Notes: generated by a model from the sequence alone, not told the origin. A stretch of 63,270 nucleotides of DNA, filler included, from Octopus bimaculoides (GCF_001194135.2; 5 parts of 5 records of this genome joined end to end with filler, not necessarily neighbours in it), one strand, 5' to 3'; counted from the whole stretch's first letter, positions 1-12,046 are shown. Program-made: numbers and translations.

Positions 1-924
1 AACATACAGTTACACCCCCTTGATTCGAAAGGAAGAAAATCATAGGGAACAGGGAACACGTTTTTTTTTTGTTTTTTTTTTATATAATTTTACCTATGTC
101 TAATGAGTTCTCATTATTCTCAAGAATTTCATTTTCACCCCGATTCGCCAACCCCTGCTCTACATGTTTTCCTGACGTCCTAGAAATAACAGCCAAAACC
201 AGTCTTACCGTCTTCAGTGAAAAAAAAAAAAAAGAAAAGAAAAGAAAAAGAAAACACATAGAAGAGTGTCCGCTTTGCCACCATGTAATTTCGAGCTCAA
301 TCCTGCTGCGCAGCACTTTGAGCAAGTGTAATCAATTGTAACCCTGGGCCGATCAAAGCCTTGTGAGTGAATTCGGTTGATAGAAACTGTATGGAACTCT
401 GTCGCGCGTGTGTGTGTGTGTGTGTGCGCGCGCGCGCGCGAGTGTGTGTGTGCATGTGTTTGCATTTGTTCCCACCGGTTGAAAACCAGCATTAGTTTGT
501 TTACACCTCTGTGACTTAACGGTTCAACAACAATCCGCACATACAGACACGCACGCACGCACACACACACATACACACACCCATGTAATGGGTGTGTGTG
601 TGCGTGCGAGCGTGCATACCTATCTGCTGAATGTGAGAAGGATTGGCTGATAACTCCAAATGGAAGGAAATGTTTACAAGATTCACGATAAAGATGTTTC
701 GCTAGGAGTGGAACGGACAAATTTACGCAAAAATCTTTACAATAAGGCTAATTATTATTATTATTATTATTATTATTTCTTACATTTGGCACGACAACAG
801 ATTCTTAATAGAAGAGGTGTGAGGCGTAGTGGTGATGCTGTCCACTCATGGATATATTGTTGTTTACCGTGTCGGGTTTGAAAGCAAAGTCGACTTTGGC
901 GATATTCGAACACAAGATGCAAAG

Positions 925-1737
925 ACCTGAGACAAATACCTAGGTTTTCGATGACGAAGATTCCATATATGCAAAAAAAAAAAAGGGCTGTAAATACTTG
1001 AGTAGTATCATTACTTAGATACTCAGCAACTTTTGTAGATTGGACAAAAACTGAAGCAGCAAAACTAGACAGAAGAACTAGGAATGAATTCAATATGAAT
1101 GGAGGACTCCACCCAAGTGCAGGAGTAGCAAGATTATACCTATCTAGAAAGGAAGGTAGAAGAGGGTTAATATCAGCGGAAGACTGCGTGGAGTTAGCTG
1201 GAGTAGATATAGACTACTATGTAGGTGGTAATAGTAAAGAAAGTTTATTAAAAGCTGCTAGAGTCAGAGCAAGACATAGGTAAACCAAAACACCAAACGA
1301 ACTAAAAAACCAAAGATAGTTTCAGCAAATAGTAGTAGTGAGACATGGTTATGGCTGCAGAAAGGAAAGCTGAAGAGGGAGATAGAAAGTTTGTTACTAG
1401 CTGCACAAGATCAAGCATTAAGGACTAATTGGATAAAAGCCAAAATAGACAAAAACCAAATAGATTCCCACTGTAGATTATGCAAATCAAAAGAGGAAAA
1501 CGTTACTCATATAGTAAGTGAATGTATCATGCTTGCACAGAAAGAATACAAGAAAAGACACCACAATCTAGGGAGAGAAATCCATGGGGAGATTTGTAGA
1601 AAGCTAGGATTTGAACATGCTGATAAATGGTATGAACAGGAACCTAGTAAAGTACTACAAAGTAAGAAATACAAGATGTTGTAGGACTTTAACATTCAGA
1701 CTGACAGAGTAATAGAAGCTAGAAAACTTGATTTGGC

Positions 1738-1769
<32 letters not shown>

Positions 1770-2050
1770 ATAAAGAGAATAGAAAGTGCCAGATAATTGA
1801 CTTTACAGTCCCAAATAATGAAAAAATTAATATGAGAAGTACAGAAAAAATAGCAAAGTACCAGGACCTAGCTATTGAATTACAGAGACTATGAAAAATG
1901 CGGGTAAAATGTATCCCAGTAGTTATAGGTGCAGTGGGAACTATCCCAGAAGAGATGGATAGAGGAAATAGGTATAAAACCCAGTTTAGTGCTGCTTCAG
2001 ATAACAGTGTTATTAGGGACAGCTAGGATACTTAGGAGATACTTTTGTAG
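925..2050 (+). mobile_element. R4/Dong-clade non-LTR retrotransposon 3' fragment (RT end, CCHC finger, RLE endonuclease), degenerate
   Basis: Frames read LDRRTR..., RLYLSRKEGRRGL, AAQDQALRTN...CRLCKSKEENVTHIVSEC...KKRHHNLG, DFNIQTDRVIEARK, KYQDLAIELQRL, IPVVIGAVGT, VLLGTARILRR, with stops and frameshifts. Confidence 0.85.
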
Positions 2051-2959
2051 CCCGATGTTAGGATTCTTTTCCAACAGTTTAATCCATACCTTCCTAAAGT
2101 GGGAGATATCGCCCACCGGTGGACGATTTCATATTACAGGTAGACGATGGGCGAATTTCTAGAAAATGGTGGGCGATTTGGGATTTTGGTGGACGATATG
2201 AACATTTTGCGGGTGACAATGAATTTTTAGAAATCAAGTCTCCATTTACTTATATCTGGGCATGCCTAGAATAAGGATGCACTTTTATAGATTTGACTAT
2301 TCGCATGTATAAAAAAGCGGACTTGCTTATCGATCGAATATTTTTGTCGCAGTCATTGAGATAGTTGTCGTGCGTGATAAAATTAGCAGCCAAATGTTTG
2401 TTTTTTTCACATAACCGTACGAAGTCCCGCGTATAGAATTCAAATTCGCGAAAATTTTCTGAAAACTCCGAAAAATATAAAAAATTATGAAGAGTTATAT
2501 GTTGTACGTAATTCTGTGGTTTCATATCAAAACACAAGTGCTATTTTCAGGTTGTTGACAATATGTGCAGTCACGCACAAAATGACAGCTTTGAAATCGT
2601 GTTTCTTGATTAGGTGAAAATGATCAAACTTTAAACCTCGATAACTTTAAAAAAAATTTTTTCTGGAAAAAGTTGAATAACTCCAGCAATTTAACTTGGA
2701 AAGGTATAGTAATGTGCCAAATTCTAAAATTTTCGATAAACTTTAATTTTTGAAATGCTGGCAGCCAAACGAACTAGATCCGTATTTGCTCCAGTAAAGG
2801 CGCGTCATCTGACTCTGCTCTGTTGACTTCTATTTGGGAATATCATACTGCCTTTCTGACGACGTCTGCAGAAATTCGTTTTCACATTTTCACTTTACAC
2901 CAGTCAAGCAAATTTGTCTACAGTACAGTAGTGATTATTTATCGCTTGGATTTATTCCT

Positions 2960-3400
2960 TCTCCTCAGAATTGTCAGTTGCCATATGCCTTCTTTGCCAT
3001 CAAACATTGACCAACGAAACAATAAAACCTTCACGCTTGAAATATCACTTTGATGCAAAGCATTCTGACAAGAAGGACAAGCTGTTGTCATACTTTTTGC
3101 AGCTGAGCTCCTCTTTCAAAAAGCAAATGCAAACATTCAACAGGTTACTCCAGGAAACTAGTAAACAGGAGAATGACGGGTTGATTGCATCGTACAACAC
3201 TGCATTGCTTGTTACTAAGTCTGGGAAGTCTCACACAATTGGAGAAACATTACTTTGTCCAGTTATCGAAGAGGTTTTGTCAACCGTTATGCACGAAAAA
3301 CCCGATAACATTATGAAGATCCCACTTAATAATAACACGATTTCTCAATGCATCGATGATATGGCCAACGATATCAAACATCGGCTTATCTATTCTCCAG
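2960..3400 (+). mobile_element. hAT (Buster/Charlie, ZBED5/SCAND3-like) transposase fragment
   Basis: CLLCHQTLTNETIKPSRLKYHFDAKH; SYNTALLVTKSGKSHTIGETLL; PLNNNTISQCIDDMANDI are typical of this family. Confidence 0.85.
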
Positions 3401-3449
3401 CGTTCTGAATTTTCACTTTGCTCTGTGAAAACTTTGTACGTAACTAAAA

Positions 3450-3895
3450 TAAGTACAGGAATGCCTCGATATACAAGTTAATTTGTTCTTGAAGATCGCT
3501 CGTAAAGTGAAAAGTCTTAAAGTAGAGCAATAATTTCCCATAGTAGCAATGTTATAAATCGTAATTCGTTCTCAGAAAAATATTTTATCAATAAAATTTA
3601 TAATACTCGTAAATAAATGGTAATAAAACTACGGTAGAATGTAAAGAATATTTTATGTAAAGTAAAAAGTATGTCAAGATCATTTATAACGAACAAATAT
3701 ATCACTTTCACCCGCACTTGACTCGCACACACCATCCTTTGTAGATGCGATCGACGATTCACAAGCACTCGTAGACGGACTTGTAGATTTCTTTTTGAAA
3801 AACTCGTATGGAATCGTTTGCTTAGAAGAAGCTTCTTTTCGCTCTCTATAAATTTCTCGGTAACACTCAGAAGCATTTGTTATGGTAGTAGAAAG
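3450..3895 (-). mobile_element. Probable Tigger/pogo 3'-end remnant
   Basis: Minus strand reads NASECYREIYRERKEASSKQTIPYEFFKKKSTSPSTS, resembling Tigger transposase C-termini. A TA-flanked cagg..cctcga end lies near 3453. Confidence 0.5.
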
Positions 3896-4225
3896 TTTTG
3901 CACTTCGTTCAAAATTTGGATCTTGTGCTTGAAAAATAAAACTTGGAAACTCGGAGCCTCGTAAAGTGAGTTATTACTGTATATCCAAATTGTGTGTTAA
4001 GATTCTTCGAAGTAATTGTAATCCAAATACTAACAGCAATGATGATGATGATGATGGTAGCGATGGTGCTGGTGATGATGATGATGATGATTTCTTGATT
4101 TCCTTTAAAAATATTTCTAATGTGCCGGATATCCTTTATTTGAACAACATTAATAGAAGCGTATTTAAGGAGAGGTTGGTACACAATTTTCACAGTTGTG
4201 CGCTTCATTTCATTTAACAGCGAGA

Positions 4226-4379
4226 ATGGATATGCTTCAAAGTGCCTACGGCGTGCAGGTCTTCGGGTTTGTGGCTGATGTTGTTGCCATTGCTACAGTT
4301 GGCTGGTTGCGGACATATAGCAGTAGAATAGGATTATTTAAGATTTGCTCCGCCTTCTCATGTTACCAAGTTGAATTTT
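4226..4379 (+). CDS. Claudin/PMP22/EMP-superfamily tetraspan protein, coding exon 1 of 3 (MDMLQSAYGVQVFGFVADVVAIATVGWLRTYSSRIGLFKICSAFSCYQVEF)
   Basis: ATG at 4226, 5 nt after an acceptor-like catttaacag (4211-4220), implying an upstream 5'UTR exon. TM1 ends in AT.GW, followed by the claudin-type W...GL(W/F)xxC...C signature. Donor GTAAGT at 4380; phase 1 matches the next exon. Confidence 0.85.
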
Positions 4380-4476
4380 GTAAGTTTTGCATTTTCTTTT
4401 ATTCATTAAAAAAAAAAAAAAAATTTTAATGAGATATATTATTTCTAACTCGATAATATAACTGCTTGCCGCAAAT

Positions 4477-4851
4477 TGTTGTTGGCACTCCGTCGCTTAC
4501 GGCGACGAGGGTTCCAGTTGATCCGATCAATGAAACAGCCTTCTCGTGAAATTAACGTGCAAGTGGCTGAGCACTCCACAGACACGTGTACCCTTAACGT
4601 AGTTCTCGTGGGGTATTCAGCGTGACACAGATGACCCTTTGAATTACAGGCACAACAGAAACAGGAAGCAAGAGTGAGAGAAAGTTGTGGTGAAAGAGTA
4701 CAGCAGGGTTCGCCACCAACCCCTGCCGGAGCCTCGTGGAGCTTTAGGTGTTTTCGCTCAATAAACACTCACAACGCCCGGTCTGGGAATCGAAACTGCG
4801 ATCCTATGACCGCGAGTCCAGTGCCCTAACCACTGGGCCATTGCGCCTCCC
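4477..4851 (-). mobile_element. tRNA-derived SINE (family B), full length, in claudin intron 1
   Basis: A-box TGGCCCAGTGG and B-box GGTTTCGATTCC on the minus strand; (CAA)n tail; 12-bp TSD cttgccgcaaat at 4465-4476 and 4852-4863. Confidence 0.92.
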
Positions 4852-5992
4852 CTTGCCGCAAATAATCGAGTTACAAATAATATACACACACACATACACG
4901 CACAAAGCTTTAGAACTGTCGTCATCAAAGAGGTCCTTGCATCGTAAAGGACATCCGTATACACCGCGGATATTTTAAAATATAATTTAAGACTTGAAAA
5001 TCCCTACTAATGCCAGTGCATCTAGAAAATCGAGTCGTTCATAATTTTGTTATACACAAAATGATTTATAAAATCAAGTATGCAATAGCTCCCCCAAATT
5101 TTTTTCTAAATTACTTTAAAACAGTAATCTTTAGGAATAATTATCAGCGACAGAAGCAGTGTTAATACCAAAAGACAATATCTATTCCCACTTAAAAGTG
5201 GACGTTGTATTATAGAACACAGTGTGGCGGGATGTGTAGCAAAAGATGTTGAAGTAGCAGATAAAATAGGCATGTAGACGACATCAAAGTAAAGCAATGG
5301 GAAAGCATCGAATTGTGGTTTAAATGATTTAATCGACACTTTCATTTACGTGTTGTATACACAAAGAAATCCGCTACATGACATTACCAACTTGCTTCGA
5401 GTTGGCGAAGTAAAAAATGAACAGGAGAAATACTGTGAGAACCGGGCATATTTTGCGTATGTGTGTGCGTTGGTCATTCGGTCGAGTCTGTGTATGTTCT
5501 ACGACTGCTACTGTGCTGGGTCGTTCATGCTGAATATGTGGTTATGTGGTGGCTGCTTGGCTGGCGCAAGTTAACTGCTGTCTGTCGACTATTTGCCTTT
5601 GCTGGCTGTCTGATTATCTGTCGTGTGTCTGACTGTATTTATAATGGTCATCCTAGCTAGAAGGACAGACATACCACAGGAGTAATTTCTACCTACGTAA
5701 GTCGCCTCCGGACCACTTGAACCTTAAATGACACGGCTCAGGTCGGAGATCGAAGTGAAATCCATCCATCACTTTTTGATAGGACAAAGAAATTTCTTTT
5801 GCGCCCGTTTGGCCAATGGTGGATCAGACGAGTAAGAATCCTTAGATTCGGTTTCGAATCTCAGCTCGGAAAAAGGAAGTGTTAGTTTTTACAATAGTAC
5901 ACTGCGAAAGTTATGCGCGACTCTCCCGTAATAACTATTGCAGTACTGTGCGTTCTAACACAGTAATCTCAAGCTTTCTACGCAATGTGAGA

Positions 5993-6195
5993 AGGTAGCG
6001 AGCTGGCAGAATAGTTAGCACGTCGGACAAAATGCTTAGCGATATTTCTTTCGGCTGTTTGTGTTACGAGTTCATATCCCGCCCAAGTCAACTTTGTCTT
6101 TCATCCCTTGGGGATCGATAAAATGAAACATCAATCAAGAACAGAGGGTGATGTAATCGACTTGTCCTCTCCATTCAATAATCGCTGGCCTTGAA
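5993..6195 (+). mobile_element. tRNA-derived SINE (family A; Meta/MESC-like core), diverged copy
   Basis: gcgagctggcagaa head and ctttcatcc...gatcgataaa core are shared with more than 10 copies in the window. The core name is from recall. Confidence 0.75.
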
Positions 6196-6697
6196 CCCCC
6201 ACAACTGACCAGCGTTCAGTGGTACCTTGTGATCTCAGACTCTTATATGGCCCGGAGACCTGGTAATCGGTCGTGCATCTATGTATATGGGGATTATTCT
6301 GCCCGTGGCAAACGGTGTATTGATAAAACGCTCTCTTCTTTATTTACATAATTTCTTCTCAAGCAAAGCATTTCAAGGGAACAGTCTTTCGAAATTGTAA
6401 CGAATGTACCTGTAGGGTTTCCGCCCGGAGATTCTTTGCTTATAAAATTAACAAACCATGAGGTTTCTCCACCTCTCTCTCTCTCTCTCTCCAGTTGTAG
6501 AGAACTTATATTCTTTTGATTATTTGAGTCTAAGCACGTTATAGGTGCGAAATCAATGGTCACTCTCTGGCCGGCCATAACAATCACACCTCTAAATTTA
6601 CTACTTCTCTAATGTTTTTGAGTGTCCTTTTTTTTCGGATATATGAACTAATCACACACACACACACTGCTATTTAATGCGGAATTTATATTTTCAG

Positions 6698-6850
6698 CTG
6701 GCAAATTGTCGACCATGAGGGGTGCGGTCTGTCTTGGTTTCATACTACTATTAATCTCTGTCATTATGGCAAGTGTGTACATATTCAAACAAAATGTGAG
6801 AGGTTATAAAAAGTACCGATGGGCAGTGGCAATAATGGTGCTTTTAGGAG
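6698..6850 (+). CDS. Claudin/PMP22-like tetraspan protein, coding exon 2 (TM2-TM3)
   Basis: Acceptor ttttcag ends at 6697; donor GTAAGC at 6851. 153 nt, phase 1-1. Encodes two hydrophobic segments separated by a basic loop (KQNVRGYKKYR). Confidence 0.88.
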
Positions 6851-6909
6851 GTAAGCGTCCAAATTTTAAGTTGATTTTGAGTAAGACAATATTATTATTG
6901 TTATCATTA

Positions 6910-6952
<43 letters not shown>

Positions 6953-6953
<1 letters not shown>

Positions 6954-7512
6954 GAGTGAGAGAGCAGTGTATGCAATCAAAGTGACACTGGGGTAAAATA
7001 TACGAAGCCCATTATACCCATCATGACCGCCAGTCTGATAAGGGGACACCAGGCACATGCATCACAACCATATGTGCGCGACATTGTGGTCTTATATTAA
7101 GATAAACAGCGCATGACCTTGCAGGTGGGGCCCAGTTAGAATTTTCTTCAGGTCGAGTAGCCCATCCCGCTCAAAAGGTTCCTGAATAAGGTTTGTTTAA
7201 GGATGTTAAAAGAAACACCCATGTTTCCAAAAGTGAATTATCCAAACACCAAACAATTCCTCTCAACACATGGCTGTGATGCTCCCCCACTACTTCTGCT
7301 TATGATCAGAGATGCACATATCGTCAGCCACCAAGGGACATGCTCAACTGGTTAAGGTCAAGCAAATGACAAGCAAAGCTGTGGCATTGAGCAGAATATT
7401 AGCTGTAGCTAATCTTTTTATACCAAGACAAAACAATGTATATGATAACACTTCCAATCAGTTAAGATCAGAAGCCATGGTGGCCAGTACCTGATACTGC
7501 ACCAGGGCATTT
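6953..7512 (-). mobile_element. About 560-bp non-coding interspersed element embedded in (AAT)n microsatellite
   Basis: Flanked by (TAT)n tracts at 6887-6952 and 7526-7594. The 7360-7470 segment is homologous (reverse complement) to about 29000-29110. Confidence 0.65.
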
Positions 7513-7549
7513 AAAAAAATTTTTTTTTTATTATTATTATTATTATTAC

Positions 7550-7596
<47 letters not shown>

Positions 7597-7622
7597 AATA
7601 ATAATAATAATAATAATAATAG

Positions 7623-7656
<34 letters not shown>

Positions 7657-7657
<1 letters not shown>

Positions 7658-7865
7658 CGAGCTGGTAGAAACGTTAGCACGCCGGGCGAAATGCTCAGCG
7701 GTATTTCGTCTGTCTTTTCGTTCTGAGTTCAAATTCCGCCGAGATCGACTTTGCCTTTCGTCCTTTCGGGGTCGATGAATTAAGTAGCAGTTGCATAGTG
7801 AGGTCGATCTAATCGACTGGTCTCCTCCCCAAAAAATTCGGGCCTTGTGCCCAGAGTAGAAAAGA
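7657..7865 (+). mobile_element. SINE family A copy
   Basis: Head gcgagctggtagaaacgttagcacg, B-box-like gagttcaaattcc, core, and 3' gtagaaaag-(ATT)n tail. Confidence 0.85.
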
Positions 7866-7986
7866 TTATTATTATTATTATTATGAAGCAAAAATGCTTG
7901 GCGGTATTTCATCTGCCGTCACGTCCTGAGTTTAAATTCCGTCATGTTCAAATCTACTGCCCCTATGGCAAAATTTGAAACTAAAA

Positions 7987-8190
7987 GCGGCGAGCTGGCA
8001 GAATCGTTAGCACGTTTAATGAAATGCTTAGCTGTATTTCGCCGTCTGAGTTCAAATTCCGCCGAGGTCGACTTTGCTTTCATCCTTTCGGGTCAATAAA
8101 TTAAGTACCAGTTACACACTGGTGTCAATGGAATCGACTCATCCCTTCCCCACAAATTTCAGGCCTTTTTCTTTTAGTAGTAAGGATTAT
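7987..8190 (+). mobile_element. SINE family A copy
   Basis: Same head and core as 7657-7865. Confidence 0.85.
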
Positions 8191-8339
8191 TTTTATTAAC
8201 TTAAAATTTGAAATCAATATTATATTTAAGGAGCAATTAGTACATTTCAGTCGAGTATCAAATTTGTGTGATTTATAAAAAAAAGGCTGATAGTGACTTC
8301 GTAGTTTTTGAACAAATAAGCGCGTGTGTAGTATGGGCC

Positions 8340-8704
8340 GTGGAGACGCAATGGCTCAGTGGTTAGGATCGCAGTTTCGATTCCCAGACCGGGCGTTGTG
8401 AGTGTTTATTGAGCGAAAACACCTAAAGCTCCACGAGGCTCCGGCAGGGGATGGTGGCGAACCCTGCTGTACTCTCTCACCACAACTTTCCCTCAATTTT
8501 TCTTCCTGTTTCTGTTGTGCCTGTATTTCAAAGGGCCAGCCTTGTCACACTGTGTCACGCTGAATATCCCCGAGAACTACGTTAAGGGTACATGTGTCTG
8601 TGGAGTGCTCAGCCACTTGCACGTTAATTTCACGAGCAGGCTGTTCCGTTGATCGGATCAACTGGAACCCTCGACGTCGTAAGCGACGGAGTGCCAACAA
8701 CAAC
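8340..8704 (+). mobile_element. tRNA-derived SINE (family B), in claudin intron 2
   Basis: High-identity inverted homolog of 4477-4851; 12-bp TSD gtagtatgggcc at 8328-8339 and 8705-8716. Confidence 0.92.
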
Positions 8705-9749
8705 GTAGTATGGGCCAACAATTAAGAATTTTGCTTTGCAGTTATGAAGTCTCTGGCTCGAACCAGTACTTGGGCAAGTGCCTTTAACTATTATAGCCTC
8801 AGTTTGACCCAGATCTAAGTGAACTTTGATTGGGTAGACAGAAACTTTGTACAAGCTTATTAAATGGAATGTCTATGCGTTTCTAAGGTTCAGTCTTGTC
8901 GCACCACTCTGTGTCACGCTGATTCTGTACAAAAACCGCATTAAGGTCGCCCAAACAACTGAATAATTGTCTTAGATCCATCTTAGTTTGCGCGCGCGAT
9001 GGTGTAATACACACACACACACACGCACACACAAACTCCCATGACGAGTGAAAAATGGAGTCGTTGATTTCATGCTTCTACTCCGCGACTGAAGGTAGCA
9101 TTCTGGATTTTCAGTTTGTGTGAAACTTCCGACTTTTCAGAAGAAAATTTCCTTCTTATACATTCTGATAGCTTGTTCCCCAGTTCGAATGTGCATCAAA
9201 TATATTCGGATTGATAATAACCTTGCAATTTCACTTATCACTGCTTAGCGCTCCCTCTCCGTAATTTACTTGCGGTGAGTCGCCGTTTAGCATAAGAGAA
9301 AGCATAAGAGAGGTAATCTCTTAATTCAGCTTGCAGTGTCGTCTGCTTAGTGTCTGTGACCGATGAGGAGATAACTACACTAGTTACATCCAGGGTCGAC
9401 TTATGGTCATTATGAGCCCTTGGGCAAATAAATGCACCGGGCCCGATAATATTTATTTATTGACAGAATACATTGATTATAAGTGGACCCCTTAGACTCG
9501 TGAGGCTCCCGGGGCAACTGCCTTAAGATGGCACTGCTTGCAGCCCATTGCGCTAATGCTACCTTGCCTTTTGTTCTTTATCAAGTTGGTAAAATAATAA
9601 ATAAATAAAATACTGGGGTGGATGTAAAATGGGGCTTGGAGTAAGGGTTAGTGTCTCTGACTGTTGTCAGGAGTACTGTAACATCTTGAATACAACATGA
9701 CCTCCGTGTTGTGTACCAAAATAATCATTAAGATATTTTATTCTCTTAA

Positions 9750-9960
9750 AAGCGGCGAGCTGGCAGAATTGTTAGCACACACCGGGCAAAATGCTTAGCG
9801 GTATTTCGTCTGTCTTTACGTTCTAAGTTCAAATTCCCCCGTGGTCAACTTTGCCTTTCATCCTTTCGGGGTCGATAAATTAAGTACCAGTTGTGTACTG
9901 GAGTCGAGCTAATCGACTGCCTCCCCCAAAATTTCGGGCCTTGAGCCTAGAGTAGAAAAG
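9750..9960 (+). mobile_element. SINE family A copy
   Basis: Full head, core and tail as in other copies. Confidence 0.85.
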
Positions 9961-10208
9961 TAGGTACATATCCATTCTGCAGTTCTTTTTTTTAACGGTC
10001 ACATCTTTGGTATTCTGCTGTATCCAGTGTGGGAGTTTCCAAGAGGCTTTGGTTGCCTACTTGTGACTACACAGACACTTAAAATACTTAGTGAACGTAT
10101 GGTACATGGTAGTATGCTCTTGTAGCATGCACTATGTTTGTTTGGTTTCACATATCCGTTCGGCGATGCTGTTTTACCTGTTCAACAGAACGATTTATGA
10201 AAAGTCAA

Positions 10209-10400
10209 AGGCGGCGAGCTGGACGAGATGTTTAGCATTATTTCGCCGTCGCTACGTTCTGAGTTCAAATTCCATCGAGGTTTATTTTGGTTTTCATCCT
10301 TTCGAGGTCGATAAATTAAATACCAGTGAAACACTGGGTCGATGTTATCGAATAGTTCCCTCCCCACAAATTTCAGGCCTTGTGCCTATTGTAGAAAGGA
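10209..10400 (+). mobile_element. SINE family A copy, about 100 nt upstream of claudin exon 3
   Basis: ggcggcgagctgg head, core and gtagaaagg end. Confidence 0.8.
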
Positions 10401-10498
10401 TTTATGAAAAGTCAATTATCATGTAGTTATCTTCTTATTGTTCTTTGTCACCCTAATCTCAAATTACATAACAAAATGTGTATTCTTCTTGCTTTCAG

Positions 10499-10650
10499 GT
10501 ATATTTGGATTTGTCGGTCCACTTTTTGGCATCGGGAATTACGGCTTTACTCCAAGCTATTCATTATACATAGCTTTATTGGCGGGAATCCTGTCTATAG
10601 TTGCTGGTAGTTTGCACATAGTTGCGGTTAAAAGAACTGTCTTCGAATGA
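10499..10650 (+). CDS. Claudin/PMP22-like tetraspan protein, coding exon 3 (ECL2, TM4, stop)
   Basis: Acceptor ttcttcttgctttcag ends at 10498. Phase 1 gives GGT then IFGFVGPLFG...PSYSLYIALLAGILSIVAG, resembling the claudin G(Y/W)S(F/L)xLA TM4 entry. TGA at 10648-10650. Spliced CDS is 154+153+152=459 nt = 152 aa + stop. Confidence 0.88.
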
Positions 10651-11719
10651 GGAAATTTCCAATTCCAAGGTGCCAAACCATGTACAACGATTTTTCCCGT
10701 TTAATTTGCACTATTAAAAAAAAATTGTAAAGAAAATTAATTTTTTTCAAATTTTATTTTGTTTGAAAATAAACGATTTCATGTTTATTATTTGTGTCAT
10801 GGATCTTTTAATATTTCTATCTATGAAAAACGTTAGCTCCCCGGGCGAAATGCTTAGCGGTATTTCGTCTGTCTGTTATTGAACATTTATTGTTGGAGTG
10901 TGTTCGTAAAGTAAGTTTCTGTTAATTGTTATATCGTTATACCTCTTGTGCCTATTGTTAGACCTATTGTTTAAAAATTGTACTATAGTNNNNNNNNNNN
11001 NNNNNNNNNNNNNNNNNNNNNNNNNNNNNNNNNNNNNNNNNNNNNNNNNNNNNNNNNNNNNNNNNNNNNNNNNNNNNNNNNNNNNNNNNNNNNNNNNNNN
11101 NNNNNNNNNNNNNNNNNNNNNNNNNNNNNNNNNNNNNNNNNNNNNNNNNNNNNNNNNNNNNNNNNNNNNNNNNNNNNNNNNNNNNNNNNNNNNNNNNNNN
11201 NNNNNNNNNNNNNNNNNNNNNNNNNNNNNNNNNNNNNNNNNNNNNNNNNNNNNNNNNNNNNNNNNNNNNNNNNNNNNNNNNNNNNNNNNNNNNNNNNNNN
11301 NNNNNNNNNNNNNNNNNNNNNNNNNNNNNNNNNNNNNNNNNNNNNNNNNNNNNNNNNNNNNNNNNNNNNNNNNNNNNNNNNNNNNNNNNNNNNNNNNNNN
11401 NNNNNNNNNNNNNNNNNNNNNNNNNNNNNNNNNNNNNNNNNNNNNNNNNNNNNNNNNNNNNNNNNNNNNNNNNNNNNNNNNNNNNNNNNNNNNNNNNNNN
11501 NNNNNNNNNNNNNNNNNNNNNNNNNNNNNNNNNNNNNNNNNNNNNNNNNNNNNNNNNNNNNNNNNGGGGTGCCTAAACCCCTAATCCGTCCAATCGCACA
11601 CACTTCCTTTGAACTGATACAAAACTCTATTGTAATTACGGTTAACTGCTAATTTTTACCAGCTGTTTATCACGTGAGCGCTCCTTACTGTATCTTAGCG
11701 AGGATGTTACGGAATACCT

Positions 11720-12046
11720 GTGGAGGCGCAATGGCCCAGTGGTTAGGGCAGCGGACTCGCGGTCATAGAATCGCGGTTTCGATTCCCAGACCAGGCGTTG
11801 TGAGTGTTTATTGAGCGAAAACACCTAAAAGCGCCACGAGGCTCCGGCAGGGGGTGGTAGCGAACCCTGCTGTACTTTTCACCACAACTTTCTCTCACTC
11901 TTACTTGTTGTGTCTGTAATTCAAATAGTCACACTGTGTCACGCTGAATATTCCCGAGAACTACGTTAGGGGTATACGTGTCTGTGGAGTGCTCAGCCAC
12001 TTGTACGTTAATTTCACGAAGCGACGGAGTGCCAACAACAACAACA
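11720..12046 (+). mobile_element. SINE family B copy with an internal 3' deletion
   Basis: tRNA head and (CAA)n tail; 11-bp TSD acggaatacct at 11709-11719 and 12047-12057. Confidence 0.9.

Noticed and set aside
4790-4851. tRNA-like heads with A/B boxes (also 8340, 11720, 31853, 35478)
   Set aside because: They are SINE heads: no acceptor stem closure, continuous with SINE bodies, and several are flanked by TSDs.
5150-5275. Open stretch in claudin intron 1 (..GRCIIEHSVAGCVAKDVEVADKIG) as an extra ECL1 exon
   Set aside because: No convincing phase-1/phase-1 acceptor and donor pair; exons 1 and 2 already join in frame.
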